The position numbers were made by a program, and so were the translations under genes. The notes beneath the pieces are model-generated. The model saw only the letters and a program-made list of their open reading frames with translations, did not search any database and was not told the DNA's origin. A DNA stretch of 16,897 bases from Rhodothermales bacterium (lineage in GTDB: Bacteria > Bacteroidota > Rhodothermia > Rhodothermales > VXPQ01): the NCBI GenBank assembly GCA_040904565.1, contig JBBDTI010000079.1, positions 1 through 16,897 on the forward strand, in the 5' to 3' direction. Positions within the stretch are counted from its first letter, which is position 1. The number at the start of each line of letters is the position of its first letter. Positions 15,898-16,897 of the stretch are shown one piece after another.

Positions 15898-16839
15898 CTA
15901 AAGTCCGATGTTTTCAAGGTAGCTGCGATTACGTGCGGCGCTGCGCTTCGGTGCGCCCATGCCGGGAAGAACGTCTTGTTCGACGACGATCCAGCCGGAA
16001 TACGACATATCCCGAAGGGCGTCGACGACCTGCGGGAAATCCACCCCGCCTTCTCCCAGCTCGCAAAAAACACCGTGCCGCAGCGACGTGAAGTAATCCC
16101 ATGCTTCACGTCGGGATCGAGCCGCCACCTCACGGCTGCAGTCCTTAAAGTGGACGTACCATACGCGCTCCGCGAAGCGGGTGAGTCCGGCAGACACCCC
16201 CTCGCACGACCCGGCACCGAATGCGTAGTGTCCGGTGTCGAATACGAGTCCGACGAGCTTGGGATCGGTACGCTTCATGAGCTCATCGATCTCCGCGGGC
16301 GTCTCTACGTAGCCGGCACAATGATGGTGGAAGACGCATCGGAGTCCGGTTTCGTCGTGCACGGACCGGGCGATGCGGTCGACACCCTGGGCGAACGTGT
16401 CCCAGGTGCGGTCGTCGAGCATCATCTCGGACGTCACGCGGCCGGCGTGCGCCGTGCGCACGGCGTCGCTCCCGTTCTCGTCGGCGAGCACGACGAAGGG
16501 CCGGTGGTTCGGATCGCCGACGTCCTGTACGGCGGAAAGGAGCCGCGCGACCTTGAGCGCATCCCGTTCGCCGGCGTCGTGACGGGCGGGGTCCGCAAAC
16601 GCTACGGGTACGAAGGCCCCCAGCATGGTAAGGCCGCGGCGAAGCATCTCCTGACGAAGCCCGCCGGGGTCGGTCGGCATATAGCCCCAATCTCCCAGCT
16701 CCGTGCCGGTGTAGCCCGTTTCGACGAGCTCGTCGAGCATCCGGTCATACGGGACCTGATCGCCGTCCATTCCCTCGAATTCCAGGCTTCCCCACGAGCA
16801 GGGGGCGTTGCCGATGTGGAGGCGTTTCGCGTCGTTCAT
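15898..16839 (-). CDS. iolE: IolE-like myo-inosose-2 (2-keto-myo-inositol) dehydratase, xylose-isomerase-like TIM barrel
   Basis: IGNAPCSWG, GYTGTELG, FHHHCAGYVET, FDTGH, VHFKD, FCELGEGGVDF and GWIVVEQD, directly upstream of iolG. The exact substrate within the family is inferred from context. Confidence 0.8.
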   Translation of the reverse strand: MNDAKRLHIGNAPCSWGSLEFEGMDGDQVPYDRMLDELVETGYTGTELGDWGYMPTDPGGLRQEMLRRGLTMLGAFVPVAFADPARHDAGERDALKVARLLSAVQDVGDPNHRPFVVLADENGSDAVRTAHAGRVTSEMMLDDRTWDTFAQGVDRIARSVHDETGLRCVFHHHCAGYVETPAEIDELMKRTDPKLVGLVFDTGHYAFGAGSCEGVSAGLTRFAERVWYVHFKDCSREVAARSRREAWDYFTSLRHGVFCELGEGGVDFPQVVDALRDMSYSGWIVVEQDVLPGMGAPKRSAARNRSYLENIGL

Positions 16840-16848
16840 GATTGGTGA

Positions 16849-16897
16849 GCTGTGCTGGTATGCTCTGCTGGTATGCTGTGCTGGTACGCTCTGCGGG
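16849..16897. repeat. 13-bp tandem repeat, three full copies plus a partial copy truncated by the window edge
   Basis: GCTGTGCTGGTAT (16849-16861), GCTCTGCTGGTAT (16862-16874), GCTGTGCTGGTAC (16875-16887), GCTCTGCGGG (16888-16897). Confidence 0.9.

Noticed and set aside
14674-16848. 724-aa plus-strand ORF
   Set aside because: It is the codon-aligned antisense shadow of iolG and iolE. It stays open because these genes share a frame and GC-rich codon usage avoids TTA, CTA and TCA-type antisense stops. It has no recognisable motifs.
16849-16897. CRISPR array interpretation of the terminal repeat
   Set aside because: The units are 13 bp and directly adjacent, with no spacers and no cas genes in the window.

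Overview
GC-rich bacterial chromosomal segment, mostly housekeeping, with no rRNA, tRNA, CRISPR, transposase or integrase that I can see. Gene content and protein style suggest the FCB group, probably Rhodothermota; this is an inference. Left end, minus strand: a ~1030-aa secreted protein that fuses an HExxH...E zinc-peptidase-like domain, a PD40/TolB-like beta-propeller and an Omp85/BamA-type barrel, with no recognisable POTRA domain. Divergently on the plus strand: mrdA (PBP2), rodA, tldD, argS, pheA, ftsX, then a promoter, a membrane-anchored GAF-like/degenerate-GGDEF protein and deoB. Converging from the right on the minus strand: iolE-like and iolG inositol catabolism genes, preceded by a 13-bp tandem repeat at the window edge. 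The strongest candidate for a poorly described system is the peptidase-propeller-Omp85 fusion, which may share a symmetric bidirectional promoter with the elongasome genes. Secondary candidates are the degenerate GGDEF protein upstream of deoB, the structured argS leader with a coupled small ORF after an unpartnered tldD, and the repeat upstream of iolE.
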